A stretch of 37,890 nucleotides of DNA, taken from the NCBI RefSeq assembly GCF_001194135.2, contig NC_069005.1:4049582-4087471 (forward strand). The letters run 5' to 3'. A program made the translations under genes and the position numbers. Source of the stretch: Octopus bimaculoides. Taxonomy: Eukaryota. Shown here one piece after another: positions 22,075 to 34,405 of this stretch. The notes beneath the pieces were generated by a model, which saw only the letters and a program-made list of their open reading frames with translations, did no database searches and had not been told where the DNA came from. Each line of letters opens with the position of its first letter. Position 1 is the stretch's first letter.

Positions 22075-23830
22075 AGTGAAGATATCTTTAACGATAATAA
22101 GTAACTAGATAACTATATAATATTGCACTGGAAAAAGCTGGATAGAAACAGGAAATTAAATATACTAAGCTTAGTTTACATACAGTTAATAATGACCATA
22201 AACATGTTACTATAGATAAACATAATTTAACTAACAGTAACCTCCGGACCCGACCATTGAATAATCCTATAAATACTGATAGCATAGTTAATGGATCACG
22301 CTATAAAGATATACCCAACAAAGGGAGCCAACATATAAATAGCGTAGTAGAAACTAAAAAGATAGACCTGAAGACCAACGCTAATACATATATTTACGAT
22401 AACAATGGAAGCATGCATATGATACACCCTAAGAATTCTAAACATAAAGCTAGTTATGACCTTAATCACAAGGATATAAATAATATATAGTCAACGTCAA
22501 AGTAAAATTATTATCTTTTCTACTCTAGGCCCAAGGCCTGAAATTGTGGGGGAGGAGCCAGTCGATTAGATCAACCCCAGTACACCACTGGTACTTAATT
22601 TAACGACCCCGAAAGGATAAAAGGCAAAGTCGATCTCGCTGGAATTTGAACTCAGACGAAATACCACCACGTTTTTCACCTGGCGTCCTAATGCTTCTGC
22701 CAGCTCGCCACCTTCAGCAATCATTATAGTAACAAATTTAACACTTTTACAATGTAGAAAGAAATAGAAATTCTATACTTTATATTAACTCCAGAATGGA
22801 AAACTATCATAATCCAACTTCTGGTAACAATAAATAAAGGAAAATATTATACGGGTGATTTTGCCATTCGCTAAACAAGAAAAAACTCAATTGATCACCG
22901 TTATACGGCTACTAATATGTAAACACTTCTCTCCTAATAAAAACAAATATAGTGACTTATTTCACATCAGATTTTTTTCGATATATTTTTTCTGTTATTT
23001 ATTTAGATATATATCTTCTCTAAATTCTGCTAAATTAGATAATTTTTTTGCTAAACGTAAGCATTTTCTTCCTTATAATAAACAAGAAAATAATGTAACA
23101 TTTATACAGGAGTCCATATGTCCAAATGATAAGAACAGTCAAGGGGAGATTACTGCCCCTAGTCCCACTTATTTCTAGTGATACTATAAGTTTTGAGATT
23201 GTAGAGTTAAAGAACAACGTAAATTTTAAAATTATGGCCAAAGGAAGAATTTAGTATACCGAGTTATAGTCGAAGCTGGTGGCAAACACTTTTACTATAT
23301 AGGGATTTCTCAATTTGGCGAATCACGAATGTTTTTTTTTTTTCAACAAACTCTGATAAACGTTCTTCGACTAGTCTAAATAAATTCATCTGGAAATTAA
23401 TGCTTAGTAAAATAAGACTTAAAATTAGATGGGTGATTATATGTTCTCCGAAACCTTACCACCCATCGGATAACTATTGTTACCTCTGTACATTCGAACG
23501 CTATAATATTCTTTTTCTTAATAAAAAAATATTAAACGAGAGGGTTGAGAAGTTTGTTCTGCCCATGCTTACACTCTTTTAAATATCTACTTCGTAAATA
23601 TTATTAATCGTTCTGTAATTATTAATATCAATTGAAAGAGCTGTAAGACAACACCTCGAATAAAGCTGGATGTATCTATGCAGACTTCTACAAGATATGG
23701 CCACAATTAAAGTGTGAAGCGAACTGATGTATATTTCTAGTAGGGGACAATTCGTATTGAGTGCAATGAATGAATGAGGATGTGGTGAGAAATCTTGTAT
23801 GGCTTGAAATTACGTTATGTGATCCACTCT
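22075..23830 (+). mobile_element. Penelope-like element remnant 3 (post-RT linker, GIY-YIG, 3' region), interrupted by a SINE
   Basis: Motifs in the expected order: SEDIFNDNK/YNIALEKAG*KQEIKY (22075-22163); KENIIRVILPFAKQEKT...LLICKHF...C...YISSLNSAKL (22837-23035); NLVYRVIVEAGGKHFYYIGIS (23248-23310); SSTSLNKFIWKLM...IRWVIICSPKPYHPSDNYCYLCTFERYNIL...ILNERVE (to 23582). Confidence 0.82.
22507..22714 (-). mobile_element. SINE family B (Deu/Nin-like core), near full length, inserted in PLE 3
   Basis: Minus strand: aaggtggcgagctggcagaagcattagg...gagttcaaattccagcgagatcgactttgccttttatcctttcggggtcgttaaattaagtaccag...ggggttgatctaatcgact...aggccttgggcctagagtagaaaagataataat. The GTCGACT..GCCTTT.ATCCTT.CG.GGTCG..AAA..AGTACCAG block resembles the recalled Deu/Nin domain. 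Confidence 0.85.
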
Positions 23831-25032
23831 TAGATGACTTTAAAGTTTGAATTCAGAATAATGGATGTTAGGTATTACACTAAGTCAGAATATATTTCAT
23901 CCATTAGCTTTAAACAGAATTTACATATCCTGCTTCCGGCATAAGGACAAAAGCAAGCTACTAAGTTGGCTAGCTCCATATGGAGTTTGATATCTAATGT
24001 GATTCAATGAGAAAGAATTGAAAATTCTACAACTTATGTTAATGGATCAAATAAATATTAGTTATGTTCAACAGAAAGAGATCCTTTTCAGATCTAAGAT
24101 CCCTAGCTCACTACTAAACTCTAAGTCTGAAATTCTAAGTGATTGTAACCGTGTCGAAGAACATTTTGAAGAATTAGAAAATTCCGCCTATACCAGAATA
24201 ATTTGTTGTCATCTTCCCAAGCTTCTAATACTGAAGGTGGAAGGAGGATGACGCTTTTAACCCATATACATTTCAATTTCTACTTTTGCGTTTTCCGCTC
24301 TTCATTTGCCATTTTATAACCTTCCGTGTTTTCTATCTACTTCTTCCTCAACAATTCGCGTCTCGGCTCTGATTCAGTTTTTAGTCCGTTATGATTTTTA
24401 GATTCTTATGATTTATTTCGTGCTTTATCAATATATTTGAGGTATACATGCTAAGATGCATACATACACACATACCTACAGGCATACATACAAACATACG
24501 TACATACATTTCGATAGGGACGTCTACACGCACACTTAAACATACCTGTATGTGTAGCATGCATTCACGCATCATGCAAAAGTCACGAACATAGAACAAA
24601 TCACATATAATAATGAATATATAATTGTATTTAAAAAAAAAGAAGCATTATGGTGGAACATGACATAAATACTATAATATTGAAATACGAATACTGAAGA
24701 AAAACATACAATAAATATTTGCTGTTTTGTGAACGAATATAAGTTTATTTTTCATGCTTTCATTCTATGATACCTCATCGTTATTTTAATTTGGTTTTGA
24801 GTTATTGTTTCGAATACGTAAATCAATTTAACTGTTGTAAAACATATTTATGCCTCACATTGTCAAATATTTCTCTTACAGAAAAAATATTTCCGTTTTG
24901 TTGAAATCTTTTTGAAAACATTTACGTATTTCTCATATACAAACATGCATATATAAGTGTGTGCATATATGTATATACGCACACATATGTGAGTGTCTAC
25001 GAGTGTGTGTGTGTGTGTGTATTTGTCTGAGT

Positions 25033-25079
<47 letters not shown>

Positions 25080-25330
25080 TGTGTGTGCCTCTCTCTCTTT
25101 CTATCTGTGGATGTATGTAAGTGTCTATACATATATTATAACTTGTAAATTATAGTTCTTTGGTCATTAGACTGCTGCTATGCTGTGCACTACCTAGTGG
25201 AACTTTAGTCTCCCTGAAGATGCCAAGTGTTGTCGAAATACAGGCTCTTCGAGATCCGTTGCGATAAAGAATGGTATTATGAATAATCATTCGTCGTTAA
25301 GGCGTCATTCTTCTGTGATAAAGCAGTGGC

Positions 25331-25406
<76 letters not shown>

Positions 25407-25487
25407 GATAGATAGAAGGATAGAGAGATATATAGAAAAAGTCATAGATAGATAGACATAGAGAGAGAGAGACAGACACACAGATAT

Positions 25488-25537
<50 letters not shown>

Positions 25538-25541
25538 TGGA
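25331..25541. repeat. (AGAT)n/(GA)n compound microsatellite
   Basis: Read directly. Confidence 0.95.
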
Positions 25542-25807
25542 CAGCAAAGAATAAAAATAATTACATAAAATATCACATTACATCTTCATTCTCTCATAAA
25601 ATGTACAAATGTCCAGTTAATTTCGTTTTATATTCCACAGAGATTTTCTTTTTCATTTTGACATAATATAGTTTTCGATATTTTCGAAAGAAAACTAAAA
25701 AAAAAAAGAAAAAAGAGGAAATGATTCTCCATTTTTCAGAAGCGCAATGTTTCTTTATGTGTCTACGTATGTGTCTACATGTATGTGTCTACACATATTA
25801 ATATATA

Positions 25808-26009
25808 TATGAGGGAGTGTTGAAAAGTCCCTGGGTGTAAAGGTGTCGCGAAAGGCCTGGTTGAAGGCCCGACCTTCTGAGCTCTCTTACAGGGCTTAGA
25901 AATACTGAAAGACCTCTACAATGAGTGTCTGAATCTGAGAGGATATATTGAATAAAATCACGATTGACTGACCTCTTGCTCTTTCCTTTTACCCAAAAAC
26001 AGGAACTTA

Positions 26010-26011
<2 letters not shown>
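25808..26011 (+). mobile_element. mariner-derived MITE-like element
   Basis: Left terminus TA-TGAGGGAGTGTTGAAAAGTCCCTGG and a partial right TIR (...CAGGAACTTATC) running into (TA)n. The interior translates as AWLKARPSE/LQGLEILKDLYNECLNLRGYIE*, like a mariner transposase C-terminus. Confidence 0.7.
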
Positions 26012-26051
<40 letters not shown>

Positions 26052-26219
26052 AGAATAAGGGCAGGGAATCGTCAATTAATAATAATCGTCAATTAATAAT
26101 CCGTTTAGAGAAAAATTTGTAGTTTAGAATCAGTAGTTCTTTGACTGCTATTTCTAAATTTTCAGTATCTTGGAGAAGCAACTCAATGCTAATCCCTGTA
26201 TATTTATGATGATATATAT

Positions 26220-26283
<64 letters not shown>

Positions 26284-26301
26284 GTAGATAGATAGATAGA
26301 G

Positions 26302-26355
<54 letters not shown>
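26220..26355. repeat. (AGAT)n microsatellite
   Basis: Read directly. Confidence 0.97.
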
Positions 26356-26810
26356 CATATATAAGTAGTGTACATATGATAAACAGGGTCTTTGAACTCC
26401 TCTAAGATTCATGATACTAAGATGCTCCAGGTTGCCGAGTTTAAGACGATGTCAAAACTGTTTCCACATTTATACATCGAGGGTACGTACGGTGAACACT
26501 TATTGGTTGTGAAGTGGAAATTATTCTCCTGTGACAGAACACAACAGCGATTTTCATATTCATGACTGAAACTGCCCTAACGTATTACCAGTAAATATGC
26601 AATGTTCTTTTACAATTTCACCCGTTAAGTTTTAATTGCTCAATCGCGCGATACACCAGCTGGCTTGATAGAGAACGATGGAATTTCTGCAAATATATTA
26701 ACCCCGTGGTATATACGGAATGTTAGCTTTGACGTTTACATATACAATCAAAAATGAATATAAAACAACTGACGCATATCAACACACACACACACACACA
26801 CACACACACC

Positions 26811-26854
<44 letters not shown>

Positions 26855-27958
26855 CATATGTGTGTGTGTATAAATATATANNNNNNNNNNNNNNNNNNNN
26901 NNNNNNNNNNNNNNNNNNNNNNNNNNNNNNNNNNNNNNNNNNNNNNNNNNNNNNNNNNNNNNNNNNNNNNNNNNNNNNNNNNNNNNNNNNNNNNNNNNNN
27001 NNNNNNNNNNNNNNNNNNNNNNNNNNNNNNNNNNNNNNNNNNNNNNNNNNNNNNNNNNNNNNNNNNNNNNNNNNNNNNNNNNNNNNNNNNNNNNNNNNNN
27101 NNNNNNNNNNNNNNNNNNNNNNNNNNNNNNNNNNNNNNNNNNNNNNNNNNNNNNNNNNNNNNNNNNNNNNNNNNNNNNNNNNNNNNNNNNNNNNNNNNNN
27201 NNNNNNNNNNNNNNNNNNNNNNNNNNNNNNNNNNNNNNNNNNNNNNNNNNNNNNNNNNNNNNNNNNNNNNNNNNNNNNNNNNNNNNNNNNNNNNNNNNNN
27301 NNNNNNNNNNNNNNNNNNNNNNNNNNNNNNNNNNNNNNNNNNNNNNNNNNNNNNNNNNNNNNNNNNNNNNNNNNNNNNNNNNNNNNNNNNNNNNNNNNNN
27401 NNNNNNNNNNNNNNNNNNNNNNNNNNNNNNNNNNNNNNNNNNNNNNNNNNNNNNNNNNNNNNNNNNNNNNNNNNNNNNNNNNNNNNNNNNNNNNNNNNNN
27501 NNNNNNNNNNNNNNNNNNNNNNNNNNNNNNNNNNNNNNNNNNNNNNNNNNNNNNNNNNNNNNNNNNNNNNNNNNNNNNNNNNNNNNNNNNNNNNNNNNNN
27601 NNNNNNNNNNNNNNNNNNNNNNNNNNNNNNNNNNNNNNNNNNNNNNNNNNNNNNNNNNNNNNNNNNNNNNNNNNNNNNNNNNNNNNNNNNNNNNNNNNNN
27701 NNNNNNNNNNNNNNNNNNNNNNNNNNNNNNNNNNNNNNNNNNNNNNNNNNNNNNNNNNNNNNNNNNNNNNNNNNNNNNNNNNNNNNNNNNNNNNNNNTGT
27801 ATATGTATATTTATGTATGTATGTATGTATGTATGTATGTATGTATGTATGCATGCGTGTGGTGCTATTGAGCTAGTCATGGCCTGCGCCGCTAAGATGA
27901 TATGTCAGGCCTTTTCGCAATAGTAAAACTATGCGGTTGTGTCAAATACATGTGTTTA

Positions 27959-27995
<37 letters not shown>

Positions 27996-29023
27996 GCGTA
28001 TTGAGTGAAAGAAGTGTGTGTGAGCTTGTATGTGAGTGTGACTATAATTTTAGATGCGTATGCCTGTATGCATGTGGCCTGAGAACGTAAAAATACTGAT
28101 GTCGAGTCGTTTGCTAATTGTCTCCTCTTCTAATTATATTTCATTAATGGTTCAACTTTGATAGAATATAAATACCCTTCTCTCATTTAGAATATTGACT
28201 TTCTTCAGATATCACAATGAGAGGTGAAAGTGAAAATGAAAGTGGTTTCATACAGGGAATGTGACTGCGCTGAATATGTTTAGGGCAAATGGCACAACAA
28301 TAATAATTCGTCTTTAGATTGTAGAAAAAAAACATTTAAGAGAAGTCAGGCGTCCTAGGTGATCAGCGACAACACCAACATCCCAAACACTACCACCACC
28401 ACCACCACTACCAATGCCGCCACCGCAGCAGCGATCACCGTCATCATCATCATCATTGAAATAAGTAAAGGTAGACGCACACACATGTGTGTGAGCGTGT
28501 GTCTATGTGCTTGTGTGAGCATGTGCATGAATGTATATGTGTGTGTATGCGCAGGTGTGTGTGTGAGTGTATGTGTACGTGTGTCAACATGTGCGAGTGT
28601 GTGTGCGCGCCTGTGTGGGTGTGTGTGTGAGTGTAAAAAGACCGTATATTTGAGAATACAAATGGCGTCGATTCTCGCGAAATGTGGAAATCTATCTCCG
28701 CAGCGGAGACGAGATATTAATCCACTTGTGTATTTCTCTTACAAGTATTTACTAATTTCATTAGTACGATAATGACCCATCAATGATTTATTGTTGTTTT
28801 GAAGAATCGCAGTAAGAACACTCAAGACACTCTGCTGACAAATTACAAGTCTTCACTGCGTTGCCATTTTTGTTGTTGCTGTTTTCATCCGACGTCGTCG
28901 CCGTTGTTGCAGCTGTGTTGTTGTTATCTTCGTCGTCATCGTTCCTGTTGTTGTTGTTGTTGTTGTTGCTGCTGCAAATGTTGCTGCTGTAAGAGGTTTA
29001 AGCACATATATTTGTTGTTTTAT

Positions 29024-29223
29024 TTGTTTCAGTTATCAGACTACGACAAAGCTGGAGCACCGCATCGAAGTCTTCAGTCGAACAGATCAACACCTATTTC
29101 ATATATGTAACTCCGCTGCTTGCTCTATTCGTCTCACATGACGTAATAGGTTTGTTACGAGGACATAAGCACATGAACACATGGTGCCAAGTTGTAGAGG
29201 GTGCAAATGCAAACGCAAACACA

Positions 29224-29264
<41 letters not shown>

Positions 29265-29552
29265 TTACACACACATATTCATAAACACTTCCCTCTCTCT
29301 CTCTCATTCTCTCTATATACCTGTCTGTCTACATATATATCTATCCGTCAACCTGCTTCTCTACTTATACCTTTGCCTTCTTTACTTATATCTTTGCTTC
29401 TTTACTTACACCAGTTTTCGTCTGCCGAATTCACTCACAAACCATTAGTTGTACATGAACTATACGAGAAAAGACGCGCGCAAACTGCCGTCCACTGAGA
29501 TCGAACCTGAAATTACTTTAGTTCCAAAGCGATTTTCTTAATCACATAAGCA
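29024..29552 (-). mobile_element. SINE family C (CORE-type), near full length, degenerate, with internal CA/CT microsatellite
   Basis: ttcagttatcagactacgacaaagctggagcaccgc...agtcgaacagatcaac...gttacgaggacata...(CA)n...cagttttcgtctgccgaattcactcacaaacc...gagatcgaacctgaaa...ttcttaatcacat. Colinear with 9974-10205 and reverse-colinear with 13150-13268. Confidence 0.75.
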
Positions 29553-30666
29553 TTCGGTTATCTAAACACAGCTATGCCTAGTTTACTTTAGTCATCATTA
29601 TCGTTCTTTGTCTCATCTCTATTTCTCTAGTTTTGTCGCGCTACTACTGCTGCTGTTTCTGTTGCTGTTGCTGAAGCGGCTTCTGTCGTCGTTGTTTCTG
29701 CGTTTGCTTCTTGATGGAAGAAACCTACAATAACATTTCAAGCATCACAATCTAGATGGATTATCAATCAGTGGACATTTATATCAGTTAATAAACTGCT
29801 AAATGTTCTTTCTTCAAGTTGCTCCATAGTGATGAGAGAAAAACAATATATATTTGTTACGTGTCCTATTTTAGTAAATGACATGCCATTTGAGGAAAAT
29901 TTGGATCGACATTTCTTGACAAATATGTGGCCACCTAAATGATTCTTTTATTATATATTCCAAAACTAAATTTGACAGTCTATACCTATATAGTAATTAG
30001 GACAAGGAATGCATTCAATAATTAAGTTATAGAGAGATTATGATGGAGTGGAGGATTTGTTTCGGGAATGCGTATTTTTATACACGTATAGTTTCAAAAA
30101 GAACGGTGATATATCAGTAGCAGGTAACAATTGCACAGCAAAGGCGTCTGCATACGGAAAAAGATGCCATCGTATGGTGCTTCTAATTGAGGTAGAATGT
30201 CTTAAGTTTGTTGCTAGATCTACTACGATGCACCAGTTTTGCAGCAAGTAGATGAATTTTAGGTGAGTAGTAAATTATATAGAGAAGAAGAAGAGAAAGT
30301 TCTTCGTCCGGGATATGGTAAAAGGATAAAAGAATAAAGCCAACATTGACAGCAGAGACGAAATCGCAATGACTTCGTAAATCAAAGTAACTTAGTCGCA
30401 GGATTTGCATGCGTAATATTCTTACTACTTCATCCTGAGGGTTGCGGTGTCTGAGTGGGTAGTACAGAGAAATATAGAGGTACACTGGTGTCCACAAGTA
30501 TCTTGATAGTGCATCAATAGTTCCTCGGACCCACTGCAGAGCGTCACAGTATATGAAGCTATCGAAATGAGACTGTGTTCTCCATGCGTCTAACAACAAA
30601 GGGATGTCCTTTTTGCTCAAAGCGAGGTAAAATTAACATAATGTCATATACATATATGCATACGTG

Positions 30667-30718
<52 letters not shown>

Positions 30719-31290
30719 GTTCACAATTTTATGCAGGGTGTTTATGTATATAATGCGTATGTGTGTGTTTGTGCTTGTGTGTCTTTGTGTGTAAATACAT
30801 GAATGTATATAGATGTATCTTTGTGTGTATGTGCATTGGCGGGCGTTTGTATGAAATGAAGGTACAAATACATACATGCATGCATACATACATCTACATA
30901 CGTAACGCTTCGTTTCCTTTGTAGCAATTGTTTCGACGTTTGCTGTTTTATTAATGGAACTTTCGAGTAACAATTTACGGCCATTATTACGTCTGACATC
31001 CATGACACCAACCTTAATTCTAACGTCTGTTGATTTTATAATGCAATAACTTGTGATAGAACTTGGAAACTTATCGTGAAATGCTTTTAAAGAAAGAGCA
31101 GTCAGAGAAGCAGAAATGAAGAAGATGGAGGAAGAAAAACAGAATTTGGAACGATATTATAAGGTGAGTGAGAGAGGGAGTTCAGCAAACAGAAAGAAAT
31201 ACAGAGAGACAAGGAGAGAGAGGAAGAGAGTAGGGGAGAGAGATAGACATCCATGTGTTTGTACGTCAGTATGCAAGAATGCAGGCTTTC

Positions 31291-31329
<39 letters not shown>

Positions 31330-31777
31330 TGGGTGTGTGTGTGTGTGTATGTATATGATATAATATATATGTGTGCGTGTATATGTATATATGTATGTAC
31401 GCATCTATATATCTATGTAGATATATACGTGTAGATATAAACATGTACCCGCATATATATATATATATANNNNNNNNNNNNNNNNNNNNNNNNNNNNNNN
31501 NNNNNNNNNNNNNNNNNNNNNNNNNNNNNNNNNNNNNNNNNNNNNNNNNNNNNNNNNNNNNNNNNNNNNNNNNNNNNNNNNNNNNNNNNNNNNNNNNNNN
31601 NNNNNNNNNNNNNNNNNNNNNNNNNNNNNNNNNNNNNNNNNNNNNNNNNNNNNNNNNNNNNNNNNNNNNNNNNNNNNNNNNNNNNNNNNNNNNNNNNNNN
31701 NNNNNNNNNNNNNNNNNNNNNNNNNNNNNNNNNNNNNNNNNNNNNNNNNNNNNNNNNNNNNNNNNNNNNNNNNNNNN

Positions 31778-31820
<43 letters not shown>

Positions 31821-32085
31821 GTACATATGCTTATATGTAGATATATACGCGCAGTGAGCTTGTATGTCCTTAGAATATGTTCACAATTGCGCTTGTGTGT
31901 GTGTGTATGTGTGTGTGTGCATTTGCGCTTGTGTATTTGTGCGTGCACGTGTGTCCGTGTGTGTGCACGTGTGTCCGTGTGTGTGCACGCATGCGTGCGC
32001 GTGAGAGGTAAAGATATACATATATTCTTCAGATTAGATCGAAAGAGTAAAATATATAAAAAGTTTAGAAAGAAAGAAAGAGTGG

Positions 32086-32160
<75 letters not shown>

Positions 32161-33007
32161 CATGAGAGAGCGCGAGAAAAAGTGTGGGGGCAGTGAAATA
32201 AGTAAAGAAGGAGGGTATTCATAGAATGTAAAGTGGAAACTAAGAGAAAAGAGATATAGACACAAAATTCTCAAATTCGATAATGGTGTATCCGAAAAAT
32301 ATTACTGCTCTAAAGTCATCTACTTTACAGACAGTTCTTGTAAGCAAATGTTAAGATTCCTATAGGTATACTCTAGCTTCGGAGATACTAAAATTGTTCT
32401 GACTTTATCACTTATTCTCCGTCTTTTCTTTTTGTTCATTCTATATTTCTTCAATTCTCTCTCTCTCTCGTTTCCTCTTTCTCTCAGTTTCTTTCATAGA
32501 GGCCATATTTCTATTGCCATGTCTGACTCTTTCCCTTCTTATCACCCTCCAGGCATTCATTACACTTTCTCTCTTTCTGTTTTCTCCTTCCTATGTCAGT
32601 ACATTAATATAGCGATTCCTAATGATCTATTATGGCACTTAAGATTATATTGTGCTCAGAAGTTCTTTAATATATAGGTTTTGTGGAACATCATTTGTAT
32701 TCGCATGTGTACAAGGCAATATCGCTTGCTGCTTCTACCTATCTTAAGAGATATCTGAAAAGTTTCTGTAAAGATTTCAATAATATTTAGGAGTGAATTA
32801 ATAGTGTAACTTCGAAATTTACATTATGAATGCATATTAATCACGTTTATTATTAGTAGTATTTTTATTCTCGAATGGAGTGACATACAAAGTCAAGAAT
32901 ATGGAAGGAATAGTGGACGGACATAAACATTACAGTAAATCAGGCCTCCGTCTTCAGGATGGAAATTTTTGTATCTTATTGATATCGTTAGAGAGACAAC
33001 CATATGT

Positions 33008-33008
33008 T

Positions 33009-33063
<55 letters not shown>

Positions 33064-33086
33064 CAGCAGCAGCAGCAGCAGCAGTG
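33008..33086. repeat. (TAG)n-(CAG)n microsatellite
   Basis: Read directly. Confidence 0.97.
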
Positions 33087-33199
33087 GCACTGGAGGAAAA
33101 CCGAAATAATCCGAGAAAATATACATTGACTCTCTCATAGAAGGTGCATTAGAAAAGTTTTCAGAGTTTTCAGACGAAACACTAATTTCAAAGACACAT

Positions 33200-33590
33200 G
33201 GAGACACATGGCCTAGTTGTTAGAGCAGCGGACTCGTGGTCGAGGGATCGCGGGCTAGAATCCCAGATCGGTCGATGTGTGTCTTTATGAGCGAAACACC
33301 TAAGCTGGATCTCCAGCTGAAGGTAATGGCGAACTTCTGCTGACTCTTTCAGGCGGTGTGTGTGTGTTTATGAGCAAAACACCGAAGCTCTAAGCGGTTC
33401 TGGCAAAAGGTAAGGACGAACTCCTGCCGAATCTTTCGCCACAACTTTCTCTCACTCTTTCCTCCAGCATCTAACAACTAACCCGCGACGGACCAGCATC
33501 GAGTCCAGGTGGGGAATCTATATGCCAATGAAACTGGGAGACCGACCCTTATGAGCCAGACATGGCGCGAGAAGGAACAAATAGCTACGA
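33200..33590 (+). mobile_element. tRNA-derived SINE (family A), full length, with internal ~80-bp duplication
   Basis: tRNA-like head GGAGACACATGGCCTAGTTGTTAGAGCAGCGGACTCGTGGTCGAGGGATCGCGGGCTAGAATCCC, with an A box and a mutated B box. Body matches 581-926, and there is an ACA-rich tail. Confidence 0.85.
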
Positions 33591-33619
33591 CAACACACAA
33601 ATGACTCCTTAAATACTGT

Positions 33620-33841
33620 TTGCATTGGTTTCAAAAATTGGCACAAGGCCAGCAAGTTTGCGGAGATATCGTTATTCGATTACGTCGATCTCTGTGCTCA
33701 ACTGGTACTTATTTTATCGAACCTGAAGTATTGAAAGGCACAGTCGATTTCGACCGAATTTTAACTGTGGACGTAAACACGGACGGAATTCCGCTTATCA
33801 TCTTGTCTGGAGCGATATCGTTTCTGCCAGTTCACCGCGTT
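33620..33841 (-). mobile_element. SINE family B, near full length, tail-to-tail with the family A SINE
   Basis: ggtttcaaaaattggcacaaggcc...cgattacgtcgatc...caactggtacttattttatcgaacctgaagtattgaaaggcacagtcga...tttctgccagttcaccgc. Confidence 0.8.
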
Positions 33842-34345
33842 AGCTTGCCACTTTAACAAAAGTAAAAGAAAAAGAAAAAAAAAAGAAAAAGAAAAAAAAA
33901 TTAATAATACTAATATGTATAAGCTGACTCAACTGAATTAAACGAAAGATATTGAAAAATTCTATTCGATTTACTGTCATTGATAAAAATTAAATATTTA
34001 GGTGGTCGTGTCGTATTTATCTTTTATTTGTTTCCGACAGGCGTTTCCTTTTTTTGTTTTGTTTTTTAATAGATTCCAGTATAAAATTAATACTCCAATT
34101 TCACGCCTGCCAATCAAATCAGTTTCCTTAAGAGTACATGAGTGTTCATCCCTGCGCTCATTCCTCGTCAAATCTTTTTCTTTTTTATTTCAAACATTAT
34201 CAACTTAGGATCTGTGTTTCAAAACAGCCGAGTCCCGCTTTATATTTCACCCTTGCATGTTCGACAAAATGAATACCAGACGAGGACAGGAGTTAATTTA
34301 ATCGAATTGATCACATCCTCAAAATATCAATGCTTGTAGTCTAGA

Positions 34346-34403
<58 letters not shown>
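34346..34403. repeat. (TAT/TAA)n tail or target microsatellite of the adjacent LINE
   Basis: Read directly. Confidence 0.97.

Positions 34404-34405
<2 letters not shown>

Noticed and set aside
25214-25257. CTGAAGA-T-GCCAA-GTG-TTGTC-GAAA
   Set aside because: Both core boxes are present, but stem II has a mismatch and no coherent stem III or stem I can be built. Possibly a decayed hammerhead, but not supportable.
33135-33190. tagaaggtgcattagaaaagtt, resembling a mariner TIR (similar at ~14528)
   Set aside because: No matching second TIR or transposase remnant found.
33200-33270. tRNA gene
   Set aside because: The B box is mutated, no clean acceptor stem forms, and it continues into a SINE body shared with 581-926.
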